A stretch of DNA of 64,000 nt, from NCBI GenBank assembly GCA_036918135.1, contig JBALDB010000028.1, positions 205,076 through 269,075 on the forward strand, read 5' to 3'. Position 1 is the stretch's first letter; each line of letters begins with the position of its first letter. Positions 32,000-42,317 of the stretch are shown piece after piece. The stretch comes from Nostoc sp. Lineage in GTDB: Bacteria > Cyanobacteriota > Cyanobacteriia > Cyanobacteriales > Nostocaceae. The notes below the pieces were generated by a model. That model searched no databases, was not told the DNA's origin, and saw only the letters and a program-made list of their open reading frames with translations. The translations under genes were made by a program, and so were the position numbers.

Positions 32000-32200
32000 G
32001 TGGAACAAAAAATTAACTGTGCTGTAGCCTGCGTCAACGGCTGCGTTTTAGGGGATAAATGCCCCAATCTTGAATTTAGAGAAGCAGCTGCCAAATTTGT
32101 TGAAGACACTTCTTTAGATCAAATGTTGGAAATGGCTGAAGAACGTCTGCGAAGAAAAATGATGGAACCACCAAAATGGGTTTTTCCTGAAGATCTTTAG
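32000..32200 (+). CDS. Small Cys-rich hypothetical protein
   Basis: CAVACVNGCVLGDKC; GAGG upstream of a GTG start. Confidence 0.7.
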   Translation: MEQKINCAVACVNGCVLGDKCPNLEFREAAAKFVEDTSLDQMLEMAEERLRRKMMEPPKWVFPEDL

Positions 32201-32334
32201 CGTTTAGCATTGATATTAATCAGCATTTTAGCATTTTTCCGGCAATTAAAATTGCTCTTTAGTTCTACATTTCCTGATTAAAAATACAGGAGTTTGAACT
32301 TTCCATTTTATTTAATAGTTCTTCATCTGCTAAC

Positions 32335-32370
32335 AAAAAACTGGAAAAGTAATCAAAACTACTTTTCCAG
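32335..32370 (-). terminator. Rho-independent terminator after cysC (left end of the cluster)
   Basis: CTGGAAAAGTA-N8-TACTTTTCCAG with a T6 tail on the minus strand. Confidence 0.75.
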
Positions 32371-32419
32371 ATACTTGATTGAGCTGTTAGTTATAGCAGG
32401 AGGCACACTTCGGCAGAAT

Positions 32420-32995
32420 TCAGGAGGAGCTAGAAAAAGAAATTAAAGCTTCCCTTTCACTATGCACATAACCAAAACGTTTCAACTGAGTCCATACCTT
32501 TGTCACACTTTCTGTAATTGTTTCACAATCAGTTTGACATTCTACTTCTGGGTTTAGTGGTGGTTCGTAGGAATCGTCAATACCTGTAAAGCCCTTAATT
32601 TCTCCTACTCGTGCTTTCTTGTATAATCCTTTAACATCCCGTTTCTCACAAACCGACAAAGGGGCGTTAACATAGACTTCCACGAAATCTTTAATTTGCT
32701 GTCGTACTTCGTCTCGAATCTCTCGGTATGGTGATATAGCAGAAACAATAACAATCACATCATTACGAGTTAGTAGATTTGCCACAAAACCAATACGACG
32801 GATATTTTCCTCACGATCTTCTTTGCTAAAACCCAAATCTTTAGTTAAATTTTGGCGCACTATATCGCCGTCAAGCAGTTCTACTTTGTATTTTTGCTTT
32901 CGCAGATCCTTCTCTAAGAATTGGGCAATAGTAGTCTTACCTGCACCGCTTAAGCCAGTAAACCAAATTGTCACACCACGCTGTTCTGAAACCAT
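32420..32995 (-). CDS. cysC: Adenylyl-sulfate (APS) kinase
   Basis: WFTGLSGAGKTT, LDGDIVR, ENIRRIG, RDVKGLY and FTGIDD. Confidence 0.96.
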   Translation of the reverse strand: MVSEQRGVTIWFTGLSGAGKTTIAQFLEKDLRKQKYKVELLDGDIVRQNLTKDLGFSKEDREENIRRIGFVANLLTRNDVIVIVSAISPYREIRDEVRQQIKDFVEVYVNAPLSVCEKRDVKGLYKKARVGEIKGFTGIDDSYEPPLNPEVECQTDCETITESVTKVWTQLKRFGYVHSEREALISFSSSS

Positions 32996-33028
32996 TTAAG
33001 CGCCTATATCTACATTAGAACTAACTAC

Positions 33029-33766
33029 TTAGACAATTTTGACAAATTTCTCAGCTTTGAAAAACTGAGATGTCTGTTGATGAATTTTATTTTTCTGCAT
33101 TACTAAGGGGAAAAACTCTTGAAGGATTTTCCTGAATTCATTTTCACATCCAAAGTATGGATTAATCCTGGTATTTCTCACAAATTTGCGGATATAAACG
33201 TTGTGATGAAGACATCTGGGCTTAACCGTTTCATCTAAATCAAAATCTGCATCATCATAAATGACAATCATCAGCTGAAACGTTACTTTTTTCCTTTCTA
33301 GTAATTGAGTCAATCGGTCAACAGAGTTCCAAAAAAAAGTTGCTTCCTTATATAGTCTCGCGTGTCGATTTTGAAATACATTTATAAAAAATACATTTTT
33401 ACTTGAGATCAGATTCATAAATCGTTTAGCCCGTCTTTCAAAGGCTAGAATCTGATTCGCTTCGCTATTCTCCAAGCGATCGCCGTAATTACTACTATTC
33501 CTGAGAAGATCGTGATGCCAGAACTTCACATTTGGAAAGCATCCAGAAACCACTATGCCCTCGTGGTTATACTCTAGATTAGAGAGGAAATACTTAAAAT
33601 TAGTATCGATTAATTCCACAGCATAATCGATAGACAGGTATGATGGAGACAGGAGCCAGTCAAACGGTAGAGATTGCGTTCTTAACCCGAACACCTCTAA
33701 ATAATGAGCAGGAATACAATTGTGACATAAAGAAATTGGATAGTAGCTCGTTATATTGTCTTCCAC
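33029..33766 (-). CDS. DUF1796 putative papain-like cysteine peptidase/hydrolase
   Basis: ISLCHNC...GLR...SLPFDW, a HHD motif and RRAKRF. Confidence 0.65.
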   Translation of the reverse strand: MEDNITSYYPISLCHNCIPAHYLEVFGLRTQSLPFDWLLSPSYLSIDYAVELIDTNFKYFLSNLEYNHEGIVVSGCFPNVKFWHHDLLRNSSNYGDRLENSEANQILAFERRAKRFMNLISSKNVFFINVFQNRHARLYKEATFFWNSVDRLTQLLERKKVTFQLMIVIYDDADFDLDETVKPRCLHHNVYIRKFVRNTRINPYFGCENEFRKILQEFFPLVMQKNKIHQQTSQFFKAEKFVKIV

Positions 33767-33775
33767 GTTCCCAAC

Positions 33776-34915
33776 CTAGTTAACACTGTTAGCTGGCACA
33801 ATTAGCGGTTCCGTAATCATCTTAGAGCAGTACGTTTCTACATAGTTAGTAATATACGTAGGTAAACTAGCTCTAGCCTGCATAAGGTTTAAGTGCAATT
33901 TTTCCAGAATATCAAACGAATAACCAGAATCAGCCCATTTTTCATAGGAAATGCCAAATCCCAGATATTCCCACAAAAGCCCATTGTTGTTTTCATAGTC
34001 ACCGTAAGGGGCAAGCCACACCAGTGGAGTTGCCGCAGAGAGAGAATCAACAAGAGTCCCACCACCGGGTTTGCTAATAATTCCTCGACTTTGCCGAATC
34101 AAGCTGTAAACTTCAGGATATGGCTGACTGTTTTGAAACACAATGTTGCTATTATCCTTAACTTCACCGAACGGTGGAAACTGGTGATACCCTTGTACAT
34201 CCTTCTCCCACGGTTTCCATGTTGGATCGATCAGAAAGTATCGGCTATGCTCCGTTTTTTCTATATCTTGCTGTTCGTAAGCAACCACATCCAGCTTGAT
34301 TCCCTTATGCACTAACTCTGGAACCTTACTTTTATATGTCCCAACTCCCCACCCTCCACCGTGAATCACAAAGCGGTTAGAGCGTTGATTGTAGGGTATA
34401 GGTTCATCGTCTGAAACACAGAAATTGTACGATAAGCACTTGTCCTCCCAGTTAAAGAACCAAATATGGCGAAACGTCGAATGCGTCGCATCGTACATTT
34501 TCCACGAGGTAGAAGCAGATGCATCCATGTGACAGAGATCGACGGCGATGTCTTGATAATCAGTTTCCTGAAGATATCGGTTGGCAATAGGCAGCCAAAA
34601 TCCCGAAAAAATCATAAATCGTTTGCGTCTTTGGTGCTTCCAGGTCGCCAATAAATTAGACGTTAGCTCGAAATCGAGGCTGGGTGTAATGTCTTTAGCT
34701 AGTTTCTGAGCCATCAAGGCAAGTGAAAAATTCCGATGAAAGGCGAACTTCGTTTCAGGAACGTTATTTCTCTTGTTCTCAAGCAGGATATTTTCTAGAA
34801 CAACGACATCACAAGCAATCCCTCTTTTGCTTAGTTGACGACTAGCAATCAATGCAGGAATGTATGCACCCAATGAAGCACCTGAGCATAGTATTGTTAT
34901 GGTTTCTTGTCTCAT
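33776..34915 (-). CDS. GT-B-like (UDP-glycosyltransferase-like) protein
   Basis: HGGGWG, and ISKPGGGTLVDSL...TPLV resembling the MurG/GT1 nucleotide-sugar-binding segment. Confidence 0.55.
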   Translation of the reverse strand: MRQETITILCSGASLGAYIPALIASRQLSKRGIACDVVVLENILLENKRNNVPETKFAFHRNFSLALMAQKLAKDITPSLDFELTSNLLATWKHQRRKRFMIFSGFWLPIANRYLQETDYQDIAVDLCHMDASASTSWKMYDATHSTFRHIWFFNWEDKCLSYNFCVSDDEPIPYNQRSNRFVIHGGGWGVGTYKSKVPELVHKGIKLDVVAYEQQDIEKTEHSRYFLIDPTWKPWEKDVQGYHQFPPFGEVKDNSNIVFQNSQPYPEVYSLIRQSRGIISKPGGGTLVDSLSAATPLVWLAPYGDYENNNGLLWEYLGFGISYEKWADSGYSFDILEKLHLNLMQARASLPTYITNYVETYCSKMITEPLIVPANSVN

Positions 34916-35028
34916 TTCTCTCAACATTGACCGATCGGGAAGAGGCAGAAGGCAGAAGGCAGGAGGAAAGAGGATTATAGCCTACTTTGCTTTTATCAAC
35001 ATAGTTTGATTTTTTCTACTCGTTTTAC

Positions 35029-36393
35029 TTAATTAAATCTTTGAATATCAAGGTCGGCAAAAATATTGTTCATTCTGTTGAGAATTTGTTCTCTCTCCTC
35101 ATCATTATTAGATACTATAGACCCATAAAGTCTACCCTTATAGGTTTTTCTCTGATTCGCACTAGCTTTGTATAGCTGCCAATTCACATTCAAGGTGTTC
35201 GATGCCAGCGGTAGAATACCGCTTGGTTTATCTTTGAGAAATAGAATTTCGGCTTGCTGCATTCGTTGAAGAATCTCAGAAAACGCTACATGACGTGAAA
35301 GACCGAGCGAAAAGAATATTAGACTACTCTGAGTAGAAAATTGGGCAAGGAAACGATCGATATAGTGGTTGATAAATCCCATTGACTTCCTAGCATTAAT
35401 TTCCACCACAGGCACGATTTTTCCTGATTGCAGAAGCATTGAATCAAGGCAAACAGGGCCTAAATATCCCACTCGATGCAACTCGGTGGCGATCGCCTCA
35501 ACTTGTTCAAAATATCCCGATCTGTCCAGAAACTCTTGAAACGACGACTCAGCCGTTTGGATCCCAGAAAAGGCAAAGCCAGAATTTTGCATCTTTTGAA
35601 TAGATAAAATTTTAGTTTCGCCTGTGGCATCTATCTCAAGTTGACAAGAAAAATCGGTCTGCTTATTTAGCAACGGTTCCAGCAAAAATCTTGTGTGTTT
35701 ACCCTCACGCTCCTGTTTTGAGATATACGTCACAATTCGCTGCAAGATTTGTTTTGAAGAAATTAGCAGATTTCCCTTCCCGGAGACTCCAAATTCATCC
35801 TTAATAAGGAATGGAGAGGACTGAAGAAAACGCTGACCGACTGCATCTAAATCACTGGCACAATAGACAATCTCGCCTACGGTATCTGGAAACAGATGTT
35901 TCGCTAGTTGATGGGAGAATAACTTGGAATTGACCTTCTTGACAATTTCAAGATCTAAGTCTGGACATTGAAGACCATATTGCTGGCACAGTTTTTTAGT
36001 AAAAGGTTCTATTGAGTAAGGCGAAAGCGTTGATAGAGGAGTTAGTAAGTCTTGGTAGTAACCATCGTTTCCAGCGTCAAGAAGCAGTTCGCAAATACCT
36101 TTATGCGATCGCTTCTCTTCCCCTGACGTGAGTTCGATTAAAGGAAACTGATTGTGAGAAAAACAAAAGCCTAGTTCCCACAAATAATCTTTATAGGAAT
36201 TATCTATAGGTAGGCGTGTAATCAGCACGTCATGAGTCGAATCACAAAAGACAAATTGTAGCTCGTCCATGACACTGACGATTTCATCAGCTTGTGGATC
36301 TGCGATCGCTGGTAACGACGAAATGTCTGCCTCTCTCCAGAATTGCTCTGCATTAAAGCTTCCTAAATATAAACAAGGGCTACCAATTCCCAT
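35029..36393 (-). CDS. ATP-grasp-like carboxylate-amine ligase
   Basis: VNSK, FLIKDEFGVSGKG, LLEP, DFS, GPVCLD and VEINAR. Confidence 0.7.
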   Translation of the reverse strand: MGIGSPCLYLGSFNAEQFWREADISSLPAIADPQADEIVSVMDELQFVFCDSTHDVLITRLPIDNSYKDYLWELGFCFSHNQFPLIELTSGEEKRSHKGICELLLDAGNDGYYQDLLTPLSTLSPYSIEPFTKKLCQQYGLQCPDLDLEIVKKVNSKLFSHQLAKHLFPDTVGEIVYCASDLDAVGQRFLQSSPFLIKDEFGVSGKGNLLISSKQILQRIVTYISKQEREGKHTRFLLEPLLNKQTDFSCQLEIDATGETKILSIQKMQNSGFAFSGIQTAESSFQEFLDRSGYFEQVEAIATELHRVGYLGPVCLDSMLLQSGKIVPVVEINARKSMGFINHYIDRFLAQFSTQSSLIFFSLGLSRHVAFSEILQRMQQAEILFLKDKPSGILPLASNTLNVNWQLYKASANQRKTYKGRLYGSIVSNNDEEREQILNRMNNIFADLDIQRFN

Positions 36394-36412
36394 TTAAGCC
36401 TCTTTGCTCAAG

Positions 36413-36649
36413 CTATTTTTGCTTTGAGAGAAAATCACATAAGCTACCAACGGACATCAGATTAGAAAAGTCGAGATTATCAAAATCAATTTGAATATCC
36501 AACTCTTCTTCAAGCTTTAACATAAACGTGACCATTTGTAGAGAGTCCAGACCAATATCATTGATGATATCCGTATCATCCGATAAGGTCATCACTGCTA
36601 CTGGAGTGTCCTTAACTTCACTGAGAACTTTCTTAATCGTTTCTTGCAT
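36413..36649 (-). CDS. Stand-alone acyl carrier protein
   Basis: 78-aa acidic protein with a GLDSL phosphopantetheine site. Confidence 0.9.
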   Translation of the reverse strand: MQETIKKVLSEVKDTPVAVMTLSDDTDIINDIGLDSLQMVTFMLKLEEELDIQIDFDNLDFSNLMSVGSLCDFLSKQK

Positions 36650-36755
36650 AAATTCCTTACCTTTCGTTAGTTTGTCAATTTCAAGCTTTATTAATTTTTA
36701 CTAGTCACTCACTCTGTCTCAGAGTAATAGAATCTCAGACTGATTTACCCTACGC

Positions 36756-36968
36756 CTAGAAAGATAGTTGTGTTGCATGAAACAACATCTTTGCCATAGA
36801 TAATTTGTTTGTTAAATTAGCCTCCAGAAATGCTCTCTCTTGTTCTGTCAGTGTAAATTTGTTTAGATAAGCTGTATGTAGTTGGCTCAACAATATCTCA
36901 CAACGTGCTCGGCTGATATACATACCCATATTGAACGTGGGCAGTATGACAGATACTAACGTCTTCAA
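36756..36968 (-). pseudogene. Internally deleted copy of the GT2 at 39984-40940
   Basis: N-terminus LKTLVSVILPTFNMGMYISRA is fused in frame to C-terminus RCEILLSQLHTAYLNKF...; junction near 36905. Confidence 0.9.
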
Positions 36969-37483
36969 TTTGGAATTTTTATTTGCTGTGTTGATTAACT
37001 GTAAAAATCCGATTTGATTTTTAAAAGTTGTTTTGAGAATGAATTGCACCAAACATAGAGTAGCTTACCGTAGGATAAACAACAAGCTAGTCAGGAAAAG
37101 AGATACACAGAGAATTTCACAAATCAAATAGGATAGCTATTACAGAACACTAGTAAAAACACAATTCACTTGTCAAGCCTTTTTAAGAATTATATTTTCT
37201 CAATAACAGAAATATAATATTAAGCTTTGTTAAAAAAGTAGGAAAAGTAGGAGCAATCTGGAAATTTAATCAAACAATCAAAAGATTTATGTATGCTACA
37301 CATTAACATTTGGATTAATACTTGTTTAAAAATCTTATCAATGGTTCGACTACGATTGCTTTGGTTAATAAAATGTAATTATTTTGTAGTCAATATCCTG
37401 TATCCTATTTTGCGATCGCACCTGGGGAATGTAAGCTCTAACCTATTTTCAAAATCTTCTATTCACATCAAAAAGCTCCAAAT
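36906..37483. repeat. ~575-bp near-identical copy of ~40878-41450 (GT2 5' end plus divergent promoter region)
   Basis: Direct alignment by eye; offset about 3970 bp. Confidence 0.92.
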
Positions 37484-37486
37484 ATT

Positions 37487-38674
37487 TCAATTAACTGAAT
37501 TGGCAAGAGAACTCATTCTAGTACACCTTAGACAGTTGTACGGATGAGATGCACATAATTTTTCTCTGGTAATTGCACTAGCATTTACAAACTCTTCTAA
37601 AACTGTTACCCACGAATCAGAGATGGAACGGTCTTTAGCAAAAGCGAGGATGGGAGCATATTCACTTAAAAGATTGCTGTTCAAAACCCTGGCGATCTCT
37701 TGGTCAGTAACATCATTTTCAAAGCATGGCGGTAAATCAAGTCCCAAGACTCGAAAAGTTAAAATCGCTTGAACGCATTTTTCGCAATATCCACAGTTAC
37801 GATCTTTTTGTTCCCCTTGCCAACAGACTCTCAGAGTTTGTAAAGCTTCTGGCCAATCGGCAATCTGAATGAGTTTAGCTGGACGGGAAAATGCTCCACC
37901 ATCATGGATGATTGAGAAAGTCCTGCTAGATAGTAAGGGATCTGTTAAAGGATTTGAACCCCATCCCCAAGATAAATCGATCGCATGGTAAGGGTCAGAA
38001 CTAGGTATTAGCCCAATTGAATAGCCACCCTGCAATAGCATTAGACAAGACGCTACAGCTGCTCCATGAGCATCCTGCCAATCTTGCTGGAAATTGCGAA
38101 AGTTAGTTGCCATAGGAATAAGTTCTAAACCCAGGCTGGTGAGAGCCAACCGGGATTTCTGCATTGCTCTATCAAATAATTCTGGCCTAGAGAGGGGAAT
38201 GTCGAACCCATGAACCATCAACCCTGCTTGTAGAGGACGCTGGCTTCTGCCACACTTTCCCTGGCTATGACGAAATGCAGTAAAGCAGCTATCTAACCCA
38301 CCTGAAAAAGCCGAAATTGCCTGTTCCAGCTTGTTATCAACGGAATGTTCTTGCTCAATATCTGCGGTAATTTCAACCTGCTGGTAACGCTTTGGTTGCC
38401 AGCATGACCATACTGCCTGAAACTCTTGCAAATTTTGCAATAAAGAGGGAGAAACCTCACCATGAACCAGTATGTCAGTGCCTTGGCTCATAGCCGGAAA
38501 AATTGTAGCCGCAACAAATGGGTCGCAGCTTTTAGTAAGCAGAGAACTGTACTTTGCTTGTACCCGATACCACAAAAGATTTCTTTGTCGATCTGGAGTT
38601 TCGATAGTCACCCCAACTGTGACTGTGCCATTGTCTTCAACGACTTGCTCTTGCCAAAGATGAGTGCGAGTCAT
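37487..38674 (-). CDS. PP-loop (SGGLDS) adenine-nucleotide-hydrolase-like protein with a Cys cluster
   Basis: SAFSGGLDS; LRVCW...NCGYCEKC. Confidence 0.6.
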   Translation of the reverse strand: MTRTHLWQEQVVEDNGTVTVGVTIETPDRQRNLLWYRVQAKYSSLLTKSCDPFVAATIFPAMSQGTDILVHGEVSPSLLQNLQEFQAVWSCWQPKRYQQVEITADIEQEHSVDNKLEQAISAFSGGLDSCFTAFRHSQGKCGRSQRPLQAGLMVHGFDIPLSRPELFDRAMQKSRLALTSLGLELIPMATNFRNFQQDWQDAHGAAVASCLMLLQGGYSIGLIPSSDPYHAIDLSWGWGSNPLTDPLLSSRTFSIIHDGGAFSRPAKLIQIADWPEALQTLRVCWQGEQKDRNCGYCEKCVQAILTFRVLGLDLPPCFENDVTDQEIARVLNSNLLSEYAPILAFAKDRSISDSWVTVLEEFVNASAITREKLCASHPYNCLRCTRMSSLANSVN

Positions 38675-38808
38675 GACTGATTTACCTATTTTTATTTTTT
38701 ATCCGCAGTGAATTTTTTTAAAGTTTAGTATACAGGTAATAAGCAGCATTGAGTTTTTTATGAGGATATTTTATTCAGGAGGAATATGGTGTTAAATATA
38801 TCTAACTT

Positions 38809-39921
38809 TTAACTTTGGCAGTAATTTTCCATTAATTCACGGGCGACAGGCAAGATTTCTGATGAGTTTTTAACAAACCTACAAAAGGGAACTTGATGAG
38901 TCCAAGTTTCATAAAATGACTCATTTTTATGATAAGAGTTAGCTAAAAAAATGTGAGGAATATTCAAAAGTACACAAAGAATATGGCCATGTAAGCGATT
39001 AGTAATAATCATTCTATGTTGCTTAAATTGATATATTCCACAGTGGATCATCCCCAAAGCAGTGCGATGCATATTAGGATTATATAAACTATTAAGTTTT
39101 ACTGAGTGTAAATCGAACGTTTGCTGTAGCTGTTGCAATATCCACTTCATCAAATCAGCTGATTTTATTTGCGTATCTTCAGGTCTAAGTTGCAAATTAT
39201 TCAGTGCTGATTCACAGAATTCCCAATAATTAAAATGAAAGCAAATCCAATCGTCTGTAAATACATTAGGCAAGGTAAATATAGGAGCAGATGAAAAATC
39301 TTTATTTAACTCTGCATCATGTCGGCGGTGATATAAAATAGAAGTATTTTTTTTCAGATCGTGAGTCTTTAAATATAGCGTATTAGCTAATTGAAAAGCC
39401 ATATCAGTTGTTTTTAATACTTGACAGTTACTAAAGTGCTTTAGAGCAATTTCATAGCTAGTTTGTTCGCGGATAAATAAAGTTAAATTAGGATGAGAAT
39501 TAAAAATATTAGCAGCACGTTCTAAATTTTCTGCATTAGTAAAGTAAATACTTTGTGGCATAATTATGATAGGTCGGTCTTGATATTGAGAAATAATATA
39601 CTCTCGAAATTTTTGATGATTACTCCACAAATCTCCTAAGTTGCCTCCACCTGTAAGAAGGATGGGAGCTTTACCAACCTGTTTTTCCATTTCTTCAGCA
39701 GAAAAATCTAAGATACCACTAGTATATTTAATTTTTGTTTTGTAGGTATCAGTCAAGTAGAAGATTCCACCTAACCAAACTAAGTGATCGCCAATATTGC
39801 GCTCATCAGGATAATCTAGTAGAGCGCACTCGTCAAATCGGCCTATTTCAGCTAAATCTTGATGTAAAGTTTCTTTGAGATTCTCGGCAACCGAATTATT
39901 TTTCATTTTTATAGTTACCAT
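38809..39921 (-). CDS. Polysaccharide pyruvyl transferase family protein
   Basis: NIGDHL, GGGNLGDLW, PQS, IRE, DMAF and TNRLHGHI. Confidence 0.9.
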   Translation of the reverse strand: MVTIKMKNNSVAENLKETLHQDLAEIGRFDECALLDYPDERNIGDHLVWLGGIFYLTDTYKTKIKYTSGILDFSAEEMEKQVGKAPILLTGGGNLGDLWSNHQKFREYIISQYQDRPIIIMPQSIYFTNAENLERAANIFNSHPNLTLFIREQTSYEIALKHFSNCQVLKTTDMAFQLANTLYLKTHDLKKNTSILYHRRHDAELNKDFSSAPIFTLPNVFTDDWICFHFNYWEFCESALNNLQLRPEDTQIKSADLMKWILQQLQQTFDLHSVKLNSLYNPNMHRTALGMIHCGIYQFKQHRMIITNRLHGHILCVLLNIPHIFLANSYHKNESFYETWTHQVPFCRFVKNSSEILPVARELMENYCQS

Positions 39922-39983
39922 CTTACTTTATTGGCATTTATAAAAGTACAATATAAATACTGCGATAGCATTTTTAAATACGG

Positions 39984-40940
39984 TTAAGTATCGAAGTAAT
40001 CAGAGATTTTATTTGAAAAAAATAACATTTCTGCCATAGATAACTTGTTCATCAAATTAGCTTTCAAAAAAGCTTTTTCCTCTTCTGTTAATACAAACTT
40101 GTTTAGATAAGCTGTATGTAGTTGGCTCAACAATATCTCACAACGGTGCATTTCATCTGCTGTTGATAAAACTGCCGTTCTTGCGATTTGAAACATAATA
40201 TGGGCATCTGCCAAAGAAACAGATTCACTTAAGAGTTCCGACATGGCATCACGAATAATTTGCTTACACGTTTGATTTTGTGCATCTACAAACTTTTGTG
40301 AAACACCTTCTGGATTTCTATACAAATATCCTCTAATATTTGGCAGTATAGCTAATTGTGTAATTTGGCTCAATCGATACCACAAATCATAATCTTCTGC
40401 ATGAATTCTATCGAGCCGATAACCACCCACCTGCAATAATAAATCGCGGCGAGCGATAATTGTGTCATGAGAGAAGTATGGATAAAAGAGTAATTCCCAA
40501 GGAATTAACATTGATGGCAAAACAAAATAAGGGTAGACGTTGTTGCTGATTGTCTGCTTATGGTCGTCAATCACAAAAACACGCGTACCAACTAAACCAA
40601 TATACGGATGCTGCTTTAAATAACTAACTTGTTCGGCTAATCGAGTCGGGGTACTATAATTATCTGCATCCTGACGTGCAACAAAGGTTCCTTGGGCAAT
40701 CTCTAACCCTTTATTGAGTGTGCGAATCAATCCTATATTTTTCGGGTTATGTACAATGATGATTCGTTGGTCTTGCTGTGCATAGGCGGCTAGGATATCA
40801 ACAGTTCGATCGGTAGACCCATCATTAAGAACAATTAACTCAAAGTCTTCAAGTGTTTGAGACAAAATGCTGTCTATCGCTCGGGTAATATACATACCCA
40901 TATTGTATGTGGGCAGTATGACAGATACTAACGTCTTCAA
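39984..40940 (-). CDS. Glycosyltransferase family 2
   Basis: VSVILPTYN, LNDGSTD, RQDAD and AEDYDLW; TTG start. Confidence 0.92.
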   Translation of the reverse strand: MKTLVSVILPTYNMGMYITRAIDSILSQTLEDFELIVLNDGSTDRTVDILAAYAQQDQRIIIVHNPKNIGLIRTLNKGLEIAQGTFVARQDADNYSTPTRLAEQVSYLKQHPYIGLVGTRVFVIDDHKQTISNNVYPYFVLPSMLIPWELLFYPYFSHDTIIARRDLLLQVGGYRLDRIHAEDYDLWYRLSQITQLAILPNIRGYLYRNPEGVSQKFVDAQNQTCKQIIRDAMSELLSESVSLADAHIMFQIARTAVLSTADEMHRCEILLSQLHTAYLNKFVLTEEEKAFLKANLMNKLSMAEMLFFSNKISDYFDT

Positions 40941-41448
40941 TTTGGAATTTTTCTTTGCTGTGTTGATTAACTATAAAAATCCGATTTGATTTCTAAAAGT
41001 TCTTTTGAGAATGAATTGCACCAAACACAGAGTAGCTTACCGTAGGATAAACAACAAGCTAGTCAGGGAAAGAGATAGACGGAGAATTTCACAAATCAAA
41101 TAGGATAGCTATTACAGAACACTAGTAAAAACACAATTCACTTGTCAAGCCCTTTTAAGAATTATATTTTCTCAATAACAAAAATATAATATTAAGCTTT
41201 GTTAAAAAAGTAGGAAAAGTAGGAGCAATCTGGAAATTTAATCAAACAATCAAAAGATTTATGTATGCTACACATTAACATTTGGATTAATACTTGTTTA
41301 AAAATCTTGTCAATGGTTCGACTACGATTGCTTTGGTTAATAAAATGTAATCATTTTGTAGTCAATATCCTGTACCTTATTTTGCGATCGCACCTGCGAA
41401 ATGTAAGCTCTAAAGTGTTTCCCTTCTATTCACATCAAAAAGCTCCAA

Positions 41449-42183
41449 ATGTTAAAGTTCATTATTGTTGGATATAGCCGCACTGGATCTTCGCTCTTGC
41501 AATTCGCTCTGCGGGAACACCCGGAAATAGAGATGTACGGCGAACTCTTTAGTTTTAAAGAGGAAGTGAGAAAAAACACCCCTGTCGGAAATAGCTCATA
41601 TCTGGATGGTACAGACGCTGCTTTGTTCCTTAAAGACACAGTTTTTTGTGAGCGCGATCGCCAGAAACAAAAGTCTGTCGGATTTAAAATTTTATACTAC
41701 CAAGCACGCGAGGACAACGAAGCCCGAAAGGCTTGGAAGTACCTTTTGTCACAGAAGGACATTCACGTTATCCACGCAATCAGGCAAAACCTGCTAGAGT
41801 GCTTGATTTCACGCGAAGTAGCTATGCAAACCGAGCAATGGCTTCTAGAAAAAAGTTCAAAGACAAAATTCGTGGAAATAGCTCCCTTCAGAATCGAGGT
41901 GGAAAGATGCAAATGTTTTTTTGAAAGTGTTTTTGCTTGGCGAGAGTGGGCAACTCGCAGTTTTCAAGACCATCCGTTTATGACTGTGGAATATGAGGCC
42001 GATATTTGTCTAGCCTACCAAGAGACAATGAATCGAATTCATGACTTCCTATCGGTGTCACCATACCACGCGCCGATGCCCCTACAAAAGCAGGCACAGA
42101 AAAAGCCTAGAGATCAGGTTTGCAACTACGATGAGTTGAAAGAGTATTTCCAATACACACTATTTTCAGAATTCTTTGAGTAA
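41449..42183 (+). CDS. NodH/Stf0-like sulfotransferase (copy 1)
   Basis: SRTGSS PAPS loop, HPEI..GEL, VGFKI, IRQNLLE..S, EYE and NYDELK..F. Confidence 0.85.
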   Translation: MLKFIIVGYSRTGSSLLQFALREHPEIEMYGELFSFKEEVRKNTPVGNSSYLDGTDAALFLKDTVFCERDRQKQKSVGFKILYYQAREDNEARKAWKYLLSQKDIHVIHAIRQNLLECLISREVAMQTEQWLLEKSSKTKFVEIAPFRIEVERCKCFFESVFAWREWATRSFQDHPFMTVEYEADICLAYQETMNRIHDFLSVSPYHAPMPLQKQAQKKPRDQVCNYDELKEYFQYTLFSEFFE

Positions 42184-42317
42184 CTCTACAGCTTATCAGT
42201 CTATTTGTGGAAAAATAACTGCGTAGACGCTTTGCGGCTTGTCGTCAGAAATCGCACCTGCGGAATGTAAGCTCTAAAGTATTTCCCAAATCTTCTATTC
42301 ACATCAAAAAGCTCCAA

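Noticed and set aside
37293..37547. Duplicated small ORFs (37293-37547 and 41265-41477) as RiPP precursors for the rSAM enzymes
   Set aside because: Their similarity is explained by the DNA duplication. Their C-termini differ, they overlap neighbouring genes, and no leader/core pattern or RRE was seen.
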